Source: Heteronotia binoei
Lineage: Eukaryota
Assembly: GCF_032191835.1 (NCBI RefSeq)
Contig: NC_083225.1
Location: forward strand, 39,432,001 to 39,496,000
DNA: 64,000 bases
Direction: 5' to 3'
Shown here one piece after another: positions 23,606-37,049 of this stretch; the first letter of the stretch is position 1, and each line of letters opens with the position of its first letter. The position numbers and the translations under genes are program-made. Below the pieces are notes generated by a model. That model had not been told where the DNA came from, did no database searches, and saw nothing but the letters and a program-made list of their open reading frames with translations.

Positions 23606-24178
23606 TTGGGTTGCCAAGTCCTAGGCCTCCGGCCAGGAAGAGTTTCATGCATGCCAGTGTGATGTCATCACCCAGATGTGACATCTTTGCACCAGGCATG
23701 TCACACATGGGACGCTCTAGCATTTAGGTAAAGAACTCTGTGGTGCCATAGAGTTTTTACCTGAACGCTAGAGCATCCAGTGTGTGATGTGCTTGATGCA
23801 ATGACATCACTTCTAGGTAATGTTATCACACTGAGCATGTCAAGCAGCAATGGAGTTTTGGGGGGTGGGGATCAGTGTTCCCTCTAAGCTGCAGAGTCTT
23901 GTGAGCAAAAGTTCTACTTTGTGAGCTACTGTTATTAAAGTTGTGAGCTACAGGCATTAAAGTTGTGAGGTACTGCATAAATCATTGTGCTCCGGGGTCA
24001 TCCTTCCTGAGCTAAGACAAAAATGTGTGAGTTGGAGGCTAAAAAACTGTGAGCTAGCTCACACTAACTCAGAGGGAAAACTGGTGGGGATCCACCCCGC
24101 TGGCCAGCTCCATGCCCATGAGTTGGGGGCCCCCAAACTGCAGGAAAACTCACCCCCAGTGGGAGACTAGAAATCCTA
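23606..24178. mobile_element. hAT-type MITE containing a nested CAGTGTT MITE (23873-24083)
   Basis: Outer TSD TTTGATAG; inner TSD GTGGGGAT. Confidence 0.85.
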
Positions 24179-24189
24179 TTTGATAGTAA

Positions 24190-24460
24190 TTCCTCTCTAG
24201 ATGTTTTATTATGCTAAACAGTATGATTGCTTGTGTACTGTTATCTCCTCCTCTTCCGTTTCTTTCTGTGTTTCATGTTAGAATATTGCAATACCCGTAA
24301 GTGTTAAGTGATATAATTTCTCCCAACTCTGTATACCATTTATACTTTATGGTTATTCAATGACTATTTGACTATTTATTTCAATTATACTTGAGTTGTA
24401 TTTTGTATCATTACGTACTTTTCAATAAAATTATGTATTTATTTATTTATTTTAAAAAGA
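24190..24460 (+). mobile_element. L1-like 3' UTR fragment
   Basis: T-rich sequence ending CAATAAAA then (TATT)n. Confidence 0.4.
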
Positions 24461-26187
24461 ATGGAACATTAAAGACTGGATGGTAGCTATTCAGCTGTCC
24501 CAGATCCAGGGTACATTTCTTTAGAAACGGGTATAGTACTGCTGCGGTTGCCAGGTCTGTGTTGGAAAATATCTGGAGACTGGGGGTGAATCTGGGAGAG
24601 AGGCAGGGTTTGGGGAGGGGAGAGGGCTCAGCATGGTACAATGCCATCGAGTCCACCCTTCAAAGCAGCCATTTTCTCCAGAGGAACTGACCTCTGCCAG
24701 TTGGGAATCAGTTGTAAAAGCAGGAGATTTCCAGGTCCCACCTGGAGGCTGGTAACCCTTTCCACTGCCCACTTCAAGGCAGAGGTGACCACTCCCTCTG
24801 TCAGGGGGGCATTTAATGTCTTCCCGACCAGATCCAGCGCTTTTCTGGCAGATTTAAACACCCAGAGACAGGCGGCAAGACTCATACAAGCAGTCAGTAA
24901 GTCTTAAACTTCCAAGAATCCTGCCCTTATCCTTAGATTGGACAAGTTGAAAGGTATCCCACACAACTGGACAAATTGGACTGCATTTTAAAATGTCTTG
25001 CATGTTTCAGTTTGTGGTAAGCCAGCAGAGCATACTGTTCCTCCACTCAGCCGTAAACACCAGCATGATATCCTTGATACCAAAGTACAGAATCAGTCTT
25101 CCAGCCTAGTAAGAGCCAGGTAGCTCACGATACCACTAGATTCCAATGAGAATCAATTCACGCCCAGTTTGTCTACATGTCCGGTCTCACACTCATTGTT
25201 GATCTACCTCCTGACAATACTAATCAGCCTTCCTCCACAGCTTCTGAATTGTTACTCCACAATTCCCATTTGAGAACAAACAGGAGCTCACACAAAAGGG
25301 ATACTCCAGCCTTAGAAAAGCAGAGGTGTCCAGTATCACATCACCCTGACAGATCTCAAGCCAACTCCTCCCACCCAATTAGCCCTATTGAAATCCACAG
25401 GACGCTCCGTTCGTGATTTTGTCATGATTTTTTGCTTAGAAGAATGCAAATTGTACTCGGAAAGTAAACTGAAACATTTTGATTTATTCAGCTAGCTTTG
25501 GCAGCCGAAATGTGGGAATCATGTTTCAGGCAGATGTTCAGCGACGGCTTCCAACTGCTCATAGGATGAGGTCAGGCTCTTATAAAATGCACAGATATTT
25601 GTTCCAGCCTTGTGTGCAGGGTACGTATTAGCATATGAAGTCCTCCTAGGGGCTGATGCATCAATATCATCATTTACATCTTGGCCTCTGACCCGCGTGA
25701 CCTTTACATGCTTCTGCTTTGGTTCAATGAGAACAGCAGAGGTCTTGAAGAAGCAGTAATATGATGAGCAGGTAAGAATGCTGTTGAGGTACCTTGGCTA
25801 TCAAGATGCAATGCTAGTCTGAAAGTCAGTTGCTTGTTTGGCTTGAATTCATGGTATTTGGCTTGCTTGGAAATAAATGCCAGGGCTTATTCAAGATGGA
25901 GTTTTTTTTCTCAAAGCGGGTTGGTCCATCTAAGTTTCTTTCAGACACACTAAGCAACACACACACAAAACCCACCACAACTCATGAAGTCATAGTGAGG
26001 AAGCCACAAGATTGATTGAATTAAGACAACATCAAGTTTGCTACTACCTCTACAGAAAAATGGTATTAAGAATTCTATTACATTACACCTGACCACTCTG
26101 TATCCTCCTAGATGTCCCCTTGGAAACATTTAGAGAGGATGGGGGGAAGTCCACATTTCTCCAAGGTAACTGATCATTTGTTCTTAC

Positions 26188-26385
26188 CAGGGCTTTTTTT
26201 GTAGAAAAAGCCCTGCGGGAACTCATTTGCATATTAGGTTCCACCCCCTGACATCACCATTGTTCCACACAGGACTTTTTGTAGAAAAAGCCCAGCAGGA
26301 ACTTATTTGCATATTAGGCCACACACCTTGCCACTAAGTCAGCTGGAACTGCGCTCCTGTGCGTTCCAGCTCAAAAAACGCCCTG
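26188..26385. mobile_element. hAT-type MITE, CAGGGCTTTTT family (dimeric)
   Basis: Perfect TSD GTTCTTAC. Confidence 0.9.
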
Positions 26386-29300
26386 GTTCTTACATGTGTT
26401 TCTCAACTACTGGAAAAGGAAGCCAGAAAATTATTATATTGTGACTTTGGCTTTTTAAAAAAAAAAACAAATAAATTTATTTTAAAATTCCAAGTTGTAC
26501 ATAGCCTTGTAAAATGAATTAGTACCAAATAAAATTGATTCAACACATAACAAAATGCTACTGCACATATAGAAGGTACAATACAGTATATACAGCCTTG
26601 TAGATCATTTTATATAGAATTTACAGTAAATAAAATCCAGTCTGCCAATAAATAAATAAATATCCTATTAAGGGTAAATTAAATGACAATTGGGCCAAAA
26701 GTATTGACTTTTGTTGTTTGTATGTTAAAGGAAAAAGAACTTCCAGAGAACTGGCAAAGTGCACTGAAAATGCATTATCAATGTGTGTGAAAGCAGTGGT
26801 CGAAGGGAACGCAAGGGAAAGCTGGTTGGATCGAAACCAGTGTTGACAAGCTCCTTTTGCACTTACAGCAAAATGGGATATGGTTTCAGCTTCTGACCCA
26901 GCCCTCTATTTCCTTGACATGGCAATGGGGCAGAGATCTCTCCTATATCTCTAAAGGCATTAGCTTGGCTGTCTGCCAGTATTGTTTTGTCATAATGGTA
27001 AGGGAGATTTATTTGAGGAAGGCATTCCAAACTCCAAAACTTAGCCAGGCCTAGAGCCTGGGAAGTTGGTCCTGAAGTTAAATATAACCCTAACCCACCC
27101 ATCTCTACTTTGTCAACAAGTTTAAGCCATACAATTCATTGATAAAGTCTGACCTGAAGGTTAGATTGCTAAAAATTAAGACCAATAGTGTATTTCCTTA
27201 ATAAGTAATTTGGAAGTAGTAATTTTTTGAGATGTCAGTAATGAGAAATCCTTTAGAACCAAGGTAAGTTTTAAATTAATTATTTAAATATAAATGTAAA
27301 ATGATAACACACCCCTGAAATACTGCATTCTAGATGGATTGCAACCCAGTTTAAAAGTTTGGCATCCAAACTGTATGAGGATCCTGCCCCCTCCTCCAGC
27401 CAAGACCCCCTTGGTTAGTGGGGTCACCATCTTATTTTGAACTTAGTTGTTTTAAGAGACACCTCCTGTTAGAGCATAAGTGCCAGGGGATCTGGAACTA
27501 AGTTGCATAAAGGGTGCATCCATGAAAACCCTTGAAAGAGGTAGAGGAGTGCTGGCATTACAAACCAATTAAGTGCAATCTCCCCCAGCTCAGGGTTCTC
27601 AATACAACCTCACTTCATTCTCAATACCAAAAGACTTTTCAACACTGAAATATCTGGGCATATCCCAGAGGTGTCTGCCCAGCCCAAGGAAATTGCTATT
27701 TTCTCTTCTCTTTTTTTGTCCAGTTCCTCTTTTTTAAAAACTCAAGAAAGGCACTCAATTTATGCTCCATCCTGTTTCAGGAGCTATCTTGACTCACCCA
27801 AGTTTCTGTGTCAATGCAGATCTGGCTCATTTCAACTTAATTATGGTACGTTAATCATGTTGCCTCACCCAGGCTCTACGCACTCATGCAGATTTGGCTC
27901 ATGACAGGCTAATCTAGGTAATTTTCCCACTTTTTCCTACCAGAGTTTGACGGCAGTTGATATTAAACCAGCCAGTGAGATTCAAACTTCACATCTTGGA
28001 CCAATCAAATTCTTAGGAAAATTAGTTCCCATGTCCAGCTATGGGACTCTTCCCCGCAGGGCTTATTTCATAGAAAAGAAGACGACTGTGGATTTATACC
28101 CCACCCTTCTCTCTGAATCAAAGGTCAATTTAGCACTCACCTTACTCTGAGTCTGTCTTCTCTGCACGGCGTCCTCCTGATTTCCCACTATTTGTGCCTG
28201 GGCTGCAGCAAATATCACGGTTTTCATGCAGCAAATGGAAACTGCTAAAAAAAACAGTTTCCATTTGCTGCACAAAAACCGCAATGTTTGCTGCAGCCCT
28301 GACGCAAATAGTAGGAAATCGGGAGGGCGCCACGCTGAGAAGATGGACATGAGGGCGGAGTAAGGTGAGTGCAAAATCAGCCAGCGTCTCAGCAGTTTAC
28401 AATCTCCTTTTTCTTCTTCTCCCACAACAGAAAAGGCCCAGCAGGATCTCATTTGCATATTAGGTCACACCTTCTGACACCAAGCCAGCTGGAACTGCAT
28501 TCCTGCTCAAAAAGAACCTGCTTCCCCATAAAAAGACCATCCCAAGTCCATGAAATGTGTGGCAAGTATCCAGTATCTGAGCACCTCTGTGATGCAGGCT
28601 CCTCCCCAGTCCTCAGTCCCAGGATTTCAGGTGGTATTTCCCTTCCTAAAAATTTCCAAATTTTCTTCCTTTTCATTTTTATCAAGTGCACCCCACCCAT
28701 GGGGGGGGGGGGTAATCCAGGGAATTCGGTGCTTAATGTAGGTTTTTTACATTTTTCTCCTTTTATTTTGCATACAATAAAGCTTGGTTTGTGTTTACAG
28801 TCACTCTCTCATTCTCTTTCTTCATAATATTGTTGTGGGGTGCCCTTACCAAGATCCACCTTGGTATACACCGACCAAGGTCCTGCGTTATTCCTTTCTG
28901 GAACCCTTTTAAAGCTAATTTCTCCTCCTTTGAGTTCAGTTTGGATAACAACTGGAGCAGATTTTTCTGGTGCATCTGCATGAAATCATAACCTAATCAT
29001 CTACTTTCTGGGATTTTCCTTGCTTTGCTCCGGTCATCTCCAAACCTGGCTTGATACAAGGGGTGGGGAGGGGTGAGCAGTCAAAGTGTATACGGTCAAA
29101 GTGTATATTTGCATACCACTGGGACAGGAAGGTGAGCATTTCTGAAGCTCCTGCCCACATTAGTGTTATTTTCCATGCCTTGGCATCTCAAAGTCATTCC
29201 CCTCTTGCATCCAGATGGCTTTTTCAGACTTTAAAAAGGTAATTGATAGATCATTATAGCACCACAGCAATTTATTGCCAGCTTCTATTAGTCCCTCTAA

Positions 29301-29763
29301 ATTCCCAGTGTAACTGGAAAATAATCTCTAGCCCTTTTTGTTGCAGAGATCTATCTTTCCTCCTACATCTCCCTAACAAAACAGGCTAGAAAGTTACCTC
29401 TTTTATAATGAATGCTGGGAATTCAGAGAAACTAGTGGCAACAGACAGACAGAAAGATAGAAAGATTAGATAGAAAGATTAGCAATAGAACTTTATAATT
29501 ATTATAAGGCTTCAGCAGAATAACAATACTGATTTCTCCCCCAAAGGCCAAGAAAAGCTAGAGGGAGCCTCCAAAAAGCCCTGCAGTGGCTCCATGTGGG
29601 GGGGGGGGGGGAGGAGCCAGGGAAAATAGCAGTGGACAAAGCAAAACGGGTACAAAACTCCTGTGTAGACACTCCACTGCCTATCTGAATGCCTCTGCCT
29701 GAATATGGGACAATCCTTGCAGAATGAATGCACCTGTATATGTGCTGCACACTCAGACAAGAT

Positions 29764-29946
29764 CAGGGCTTTTTTGTAGCAGGAACTCATTTGCATATTA
29801 GGCCACACCTCCCTTATGTAGCCAATCCTCCAAGAGCTTACAGGGCTCTTCTTACAGGGCCTACTGTAAGTTCTTGGAGGATTGCCTACATCAGGGAGGT
29901 GTGGCCTAATATGCAAAGGAGTACCTGCTACCAAAACAAAGCCCTG
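29764..29946. mobile_element. hAT-type palindromic MITE, CAGGGCTTTTT family
   Basis: Internal GTAGCCAATCCTCCAAGAG...CTTGGAGGATTGCCTAC inverted repeat; relatives at ~45805-45950, 50538-50721 and 54540-54718. Confidence 0.8.
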
Positions 29947-30379
29947 GGAAAAGTAGAATAAACCTTCCTGAGAATCTGAGTTTTCTTTTTTCTTTTTTTT
30001 TTCTAGACCTACTGTGTGTGCATCTCCTGCCTCCTTAGAAACCAGAAGGCAGGTGAAGATTGCCAGTAACGAGATCTTCAGTGGCCTGTTAGCATTGGTT
30101 AACGGATCTCAAATAAATTATGCAAAGGGGTTTCAAATTTCTGAACATTGCTGAAATGGGGGGGGGGGGTGGACCAAGAGCAGTTGCTAAAGTTGTGTGG
30201 TTTATACAAGTCACAGAATTTAATTTTCTGTGGCCTTGGTGCAGAATTTAAAAATTTTTAGCACAGAGCTGACACTGAGCATGGCACGGCAATGATTCTC
30301 AGAGACAGAAATGGCAACAAGGAAAAATTTCTAGGTGGCATTTTAGGACACTGGGGATCCTCTTTGGAAAATTATAGGC

Positions 30380-30830
30380 CAATAGCGCTGCTCAAATTTA
30401 CTGTAACTCAAGGAAGGGCCCCCCTCTGTTGCCTTTGTGTCTTTAGAGCTCCTTCTCCTTCTGCAAATGGTTGTTAAAAGAACACAAATTAATGCACCTG
30501 CCTTTTAAATTGTTCTCAATATAAACAAAGAAGGCCATAAATGGCCCAATGATTTCCAAGGCAAAGACGGCATCTGCAATTTGCTGACATACCCGAGAAC
30601 CTTTACTGGCTATATTCTTTTTTTATGACTGCGATCTAATGGGGTGTTTGTTTATATTAGACATGAGATAATACATTTTTTTCCCCCATCAGAAAGCCAT
30701 AAATGTGAATTTAAAACGTATAATGGCCTAACTAGAGGAAATCTGGAATAAATGGCATACCCTTCGTTGATCAAAGCACAGCACAGGGTGCCATTAAGGA
30801 GCTGAAGAAAACTCCATTCCCAAGTGCTCT
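30380..30830. promoter_or_regulatory. Candidate conserved enhancer-like element
   Basis: No recognisable repeat; clustered posterior HOX/CDX, FOX and TCF motif matches. Motif evidence only. Confidence 0.3.
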
Positions 30831-30861
30831 GGTGTTTGGGTATCTATTTTTTAAAAATCCA

Positions 30862-31605
30862 GTAGGGATGCGAGCCTCCAGGTGGGACCTGGGGATCCCC
30901 TGGAATTAGGGTTGCCAAGTCCAACTCAGGCAATATCTGTGGACTTTGAGGATGGAGCCAGGAGCAAGGGTGTGACAAGCACGATTGAACTCCAAAAGGA
31001 GTTTTGGCAATCACATTTAAAGAGACCGTGCTCCTTTTAAATGCCTTTCTTCCATAGGAAATAATGGAGGGATAGCAGCATCTTCTTTGGGGGCTCATAG
31101 AATCGGACCCCCTGGTTCATTCTTTTTGAAACTTGGGAAGTGATTTGAGGAGACACGATGGATGCTATGCTGAAATTTTGGTGCTTTTACCTCAAAAAAA
31201 ACCGCCAGCCTCTCTGGATCCCCAGATATCCACAGATCGATTCTCCATTATACCCTATGGGAATCAGTCTCCATAGGGAATAATGAAGTGGCCAGAAGAT
31301 ATTTCCCTCCCCTCCCCCCGCTTTCTGATGACCCTGAAGCAGGGAAAGGACCTCCAAACCAGGGGATCCCCTGCCCCCAACTGGGGATTGGCAACCCTAC
31401 CTGGAATTACAGCTCATAGAGAGATCTGTTCCCCTAGAGAAGATGGTTGCTTTGGAGGATAGTCTTTATGGCACTGTACCCAGCTGAGATCCCTGTCCTT
31501 CCCAGGATCCATTAAAAAAATATCCAGGAGTTTCCCAACCTGGATCTAGAAAGCCTACCTCCATCCCCCACCAGTGGCCAAGGGAGACCTGAAACCCTAA
31601 ATTCA
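30862..31605. mobile_element. MITE containing a nested ~490-bp hAT-type element (30907-31399)
   Basis: Inner TIRs TAGGGTTGCCAA / TTGGCAACCCTA with perfect TSD CCTGGAAT. Confidence 0.85.
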
Positions 31606-34155
31606 AGTTTTATGAGGGGTTTTCACCATAGCGGTGAAATAACCAAATATCTTCCAACCTAGCAATATGTTTTTGTACATTATTTCATGCATATGTCTAT
31701 CTAGTTATGTTTTTATTCTTCCCTTCATCCCTAAAAAAATTCAGAGAAGCATCCAGGATTCTCTCTTCCTCTGTTTTAACCTCACAACAAGGTGTGAGGT
31801 AGGTTCGTCTGAGATCATGGAACTGGCCCAAGATCACCCAGAAAGCGTCCACATCAGAGCAAGGTTTTAAAACCAGATCTCCCAAATCCTAGTCCGACAC
31901 TCTTTACCTCTTCACCAAACTGATCACAGAGAACACAAATCAGCCAAAGTTTAAGCACTTTAAGTCCATCTGATAAAAACAGGAGAGAAGCCCATACATG
32001 GTTAACTTTTCCACTGAAATTAACTGGGAGGCATGCTCCTTAACTTTGGCTGGATCATACTTACTATTCATATATGGAATAAATAATGGCATCTTCGGTT
32101 ATTGTAGTGTCTGTTAAGTGTTAACTCTTAACATAAATGACCCGATCCAGTAAAGGGCTACACATAAATGGTGGCAGATTTCCAACCACATTTCTTGAGC
32201 TGGATGAGAAACTCAAACATGTTACGTACAGTTTCCCTCCTGGATCTAGGTATGTATAGGGCCTGACTTCAAAAGCTAGACTCCCAATGACAAGCTGTTT
32301 AGGAAAGAGAGCCAACAGCTGCATTCATTCCCCTTTTCCTCTTTCCTGCCAAACAGATGATTGGTTAGACTGTAAAAAAGGTTTCACACAGAAACCAACA
32401 TGATCAAGTACATTTATCTCATACCTGTTTATGTTCTAGAAATTGATAAATTGAATCCAGCCATCTTTCTTCCAAATCCTACCTATGGAATCAAATTTCT
32501 TCATAGCTTTAAGTTTCAGATCACATCCAATGTCGCTTGCACAATGATGTGTGTGTATTCTTGATGCTCAGGGCTCACCATACAAAGGGTCATAGTATGC
32601 TGAATGTCTGAACTAGCCTGTTATGTAATGGTGGCTGATACCTGTTGGGGCTGGTGGGGCAGAGAAGTCAACAGTTGGCAGAGCAAGCACTAGACGGAGC
32701 CAATTAATTTTGGTTTTGTCCTCTTCCATTGCAATTATAATTTTAAAAAAAACAAAATTCAGCACTGCACTATAGTTCCTTAACTGATCTCTATGCTGGC
32801 ACAGTTTATTGCTCCTGAATAACAACAGACAGGCCTCATTTGGGGCAGGAGTTCACAGGAGCAGAGCTCTGGAAACTCTAAATTTTATTGTGATCTTTCT
32901 TTCTTACCCCCTCCCCCAATCAAATACTTGCTTCTGGGCTCCATTGTTCAAACCCCCTGTGAGAATTTTACTGAACTCTAAGATTTGACAACCTTTCTAA
33001 TATTTCCCCCCACAAAAAAATGGGAAAATAACCAAAACATATAAAGCAGACAGGTGGAAATCTTTGCCATGCCAATATGGCCACATAGGAGAAAGTAATT
33101 TTAAAAGTATGATGGAAATAAGGCTTTATTATGACAATTATAATTCAAGAAGCATTTTAAGGTAGATGCTGAGCTGATATAATTTAGAACACCATCCGGT
33201 GATGTCAGGGGTGTGTGGCATATGCAAATGAGTTGTTCAAATGAATTGTGCTAATGAGCAGTGCCAGATTAAACCCAGTGGAGGCCCCTACGCAGTCAAA
33301 ATCTCGGGGGCCCCCTCACAAATTATCCTGCAGGCACCTTCTCAAAAGCCCCTTTGACAAAGCTGCAGGGGAGAGGCAGAGAGAGGCAAACTTAAGCTGC
33401 TCTGAGACTCCTTTGGGTAGTGAAGGGTGGGGTATAAATTCAATATATTCTCCTCCTCCTGGAAATGATGTCATGCCATTGCTGCTCTGCATTTCTGTCT
33501 CCCTGGTTACTCTAAATGTGTCCAGGCACCTGCGTTGGAGTGTCAAAGAGCATGTGTGTTCAAGACCTTCAGTTTACCGCTAAGGGTCAACCCTATGCAT
33601 ACTTAATCAGAAGTCATATTCAACAAGACTCACACTCAAGCAGTAATACATAGGAGTGCAGAGTGTGGTGAAGGATATTTGGCTTCCTTTGGGCACTGAA
33701 GTTTACACTTCAGGGGTGGGGGGGGAACACTCCTTTCCATTCAACAACTTACTGAAGATGTTACCTTCCATCACTGTTCTTGGAACCAGGAAAAAAGCTG
33801 AACAATAATATTTCCCTCCTCGCTCTAAAAGAGAAGTTGCTGCTGTAACAACATTTCGGTTCTGAGACTTTTCCTCTCCTGGGCTTTCTCTCTTACTTAA
33901 ACAAAATGGCTGCCTCCTCATTGGAAAGGGAAGGGCTAAGGCTGCAATCCTGAAGATGATTTACTGGGAGTAAGCATGCTTTCCTGGGAGCAGACCTACT
34001 TCAGATTGCTCTCTAATCCTAAGTGAAATGGGCACATGTAAAAAAAACCATATAATGGATTCATTCGTTTGTATCCATCTTTAAAAAATGGAGGCAAACA
34101 GGTTGGAAGGGCTGGAAGCTTTAGAGACAGTACACTCATACATTGGGGATTTCTT

Positions 34156-34616
34156 CGGATTGCCAAGTCCAATTCAAGAAATACCTGGGGACTTTGGGGG
34201 GGGTGGAGCCAGGAGACAATGGGGGGAAGCCAGGAGCAAAGTGTGACAAACATGTGACAAGCATAATTGAACCTTTTAAATGCCTTCCCTCCATTGGAAA
34301 TAGGGACACCTTCTTTGGGAACTCATAGAATTGGTGCAATATTTTTGAAACTTAGAGGGTGTTTTGAGGAGAGGCACCAGATGCTATGCAGAAAATTTGG
34401 TGCCTCTACCTCAAAAAACAGCCCCCCCCCCAAAGCCCCAGATACCCACAGATCAATTCTCCATTATCTCCTATGGAAATCGGTCTCCATAGGGAATAAT
34501 GGAGTCCTCAGTAGACATTTCCCTCCCCCACCCCCGATTTCTGATGATCCTGAAGTGGGGGAAGGGCCTTCAAACGGAGGGACCCCCTGCCTCCACCTGG
34601 GGATTGGCAACTCTAG
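34156..34616. mobile_element. hAT-type ~460-bp element, same family as 30907-31399
   Basis: Shared internal sequence and TIR remnants. Confidence 0.8.
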
Positions 34617-35719
34617 AATTTCTCCATCTGAGAAAGTCCTAGGCCGGTCATTTTTCTCCCTCTCCCTGGGAAAGGATAGGCCAATATGGGACTCAGAAGG
34701 AGCCAGAGGGACAGCTCTCTGCCCAGCTGGGATGCTAAAGGGACGGGGGGGGGGGGACAGCCAGAATTGATGGGGTATTGAGCTAAGTGTCTTGAAGGTT
34801 ATTATATTTTGGACTTTCTCTAAGGGTTAAAAACTCTTCTAAAAGTTAGCAGAATCCTTCTTTTATTACTCTAATTCTAATATTCACTCAGTTTTCTTTT
34901 AATGGAAACTCAGTTTTCTGACCTGGTTTGTATATGTTTTATTTAGCAACAAAAAAATCTCGGGGGGGGGGGAGTGTTCTAATTCACTGGTTTCTTTTCA
35001 ATCAGTAATGAACTTTTAAAACTGATTTTTGCAGGTAGCTCAGTTAAATAGCATCCTAGTAATAAAATACATAAAGTTCTCTGATGGATTGCTTATTTGG
35101 GAAAGGCTTGTATGGTTCCTGAACACCTGCAGAGCTGCAGTTACGTAGACCACAACAAAGTTCAAAACACCACACAGTTTCTTCAAGGACGCAGGACTGC
35201 TGGGAATCTAAACACAGCATACTGCTTTGGAGGAGTAAACACACAAGCACAACACAATGTCACGGATAGATCTGGACCACAGCCTAGCTTGAAACCCCAC
35301 TTTAGCCAAAGAAGCAATAGATGTCCTTGAACAAGTCAGTCCTACTTAACTTTGGGTGAAGGGACAGGAAACACACCAAGCAAAGCACACCTGATTATAA
35401 ATCCATCTGTGAATTAAAATGGAAAGTTACAGCCTGTTTAATTGTGCAGTTGACTGCAGTTGAAAAGACTGGCAGTTGCCATTTTAAAGACATAATGCCT
35501 ACATTTAGCCTACTTTATATATGCTCCTTTTAGATGTTATGACAAATCTCTCCCTGCCACATGTGCATAGTGTGACAGAAAACTTCCTGTCTTGGAAAGC
35601 CTTCCATTAAACTCTGATTTGCCATGACACTCCAACGCAGGTGCTTGGACACATTTAGGGAGACCTGGGAGACAGAAATGCAGAGCAGCTAGCAGCAGCA
35701 ATGGCATGACATCACTTCC

Positions 35720-36003
35720 AGGAGGAGGAGAATATATTGGATCTATACCCCACCCTTCACTACCGAAAGGAGTCTTAGAGCATTTTACAATCTCCTTTCC
35801 CTTCCCCTCCTCACAACAGACACCTGTGAGGTAGGTGGAGCTAACAGAACTCTCCCGAAACTGTTCTTGAGAGCAACAGCTCTGTGAGAACTTGTGACTG
35901 ACCCAAGATCACATCAGCAGGTGCATGTCGAGAAGTGGGGAATCAAACCCGATTCTCCTAGATAAGAGTGTGCACACTTAACCACTACACCAAATTGGTT
36001 CTC
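35720..36003 (-). mobile_element. Squam3-like SINE
   Basis: Reverse complement of the 308-580 family. Confidence 0.75.
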
Positions 36004-36897
36004 AGACATAATGTCACACGTATCTAGGGGTCACCAGAAACTCTATGGTAAAACCATACATCTTGAAGTCACTCCAGGTTTCCCTAGAAAGTTCTGTCTT
36101 GAAGCCAGGAAAACTCCAGAAGTAATGTCATGCCATCACTAACAGTATTTTTCTTTATTTTTCTTCTGCTGGCACTCGAGTGTAAGTGAGCATATGGCAA
36201 CCCTAGACATATTGGAGCTTATTTACTTGTCACAAGAGAGGATTCTAAACTAGCAATAAACAGCGCTTTAGATTCTAGTTACAGATTCTAGCCTCCGCGT
36301 AGCACCTAGAGTTTCCCCAGAATCACAACTGATCTCCAAACTACAGAGATCAGTTGCCCTGAGAAAGGGAGAGCTTTGGAGGCCGGACTCAATGGCGGGA
36401 GTGGCCAAACTGTGGCTCAGGAGCCACATGTGGCTGTTTCACACATATTGTGTGACTCTCAAAGCCTCCACTGCCCTGCTGGCCAGCTTGGAGAATGCAT
36501 TTAAAGTTGCTTTTTTCCACATTTCCCTCCCTCCCTGGCTCTCAAACCTCTGATGTCCATGTCTTACGGCTCTCAATCATCTGACGTTAATTCCATGTGA
36601 CTCTTACGTTAAGCGAGTCCGGCCATCCCTGCTCTATGGTATGCCATAGATTCCAGGTGAAATCCCTCTCCGAACTCCCCCCTCCACAGGCACTGCCCCC
36701 AAATCCCCAGAATTTCCCAGGCGAGAGCTGGCAACCGTAATTCCATTTTGTGCAGAAGAAACAAATGCCAGGTGCCAACACACCTGCATTCAAAGATCAC
36801 AGCACACTGCAGCGTGACTGAAGACTTCCCAGCCTAGGAAGCTTTCCATTGCACTGTGTGTGAAAGGAACAAGCAGGGAGTACAGAGAGGTTTACTG

Positions 36898-37049
36898 TTA
36901 TTCTGAATGCACTAATAGGTGGATTCTGAGAATAATGTCAGTTGTTACAGAGATTATACGTGACAGGGTCTTTCCCCCTCTCGTAGGAGAGATTCTTTGC
37001 TCATCAGGAGAGGAAATATCTAAGTCCTCAGTGTCTGAAGATGCTAGTT
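36898..37049 (-). CDS. Putative terminal coding exon of an unidentified gene
   Basis: Branch-point-like CTAAT, pyrimidine tract and CAG acceptor; phase-1 start reads LASSDTEDLDISSPDEQRISPT...HSE*; in phase with 42756-42853. Confidence 0.35.

Noticed and set aside
24740-25420. Possible LTR or DIRS-like remnant
   Set aside because: It looks repeat-derived, but I found no termini, TSD or diagnostic motif.
25492-25620. Plus-strand exon candidate (SFGSRNVGIMFQADVQRRL...) and an overlapping ~90-codon minus-strand open frame
   Set aside because: Splice signals are plausible, but there are no linked exons or recognisable homology, and both strands look equally open.
28580-29050. Possible ancient transposase fragment
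   Set aside because: The short ORF has no recognisable catalytic motif.
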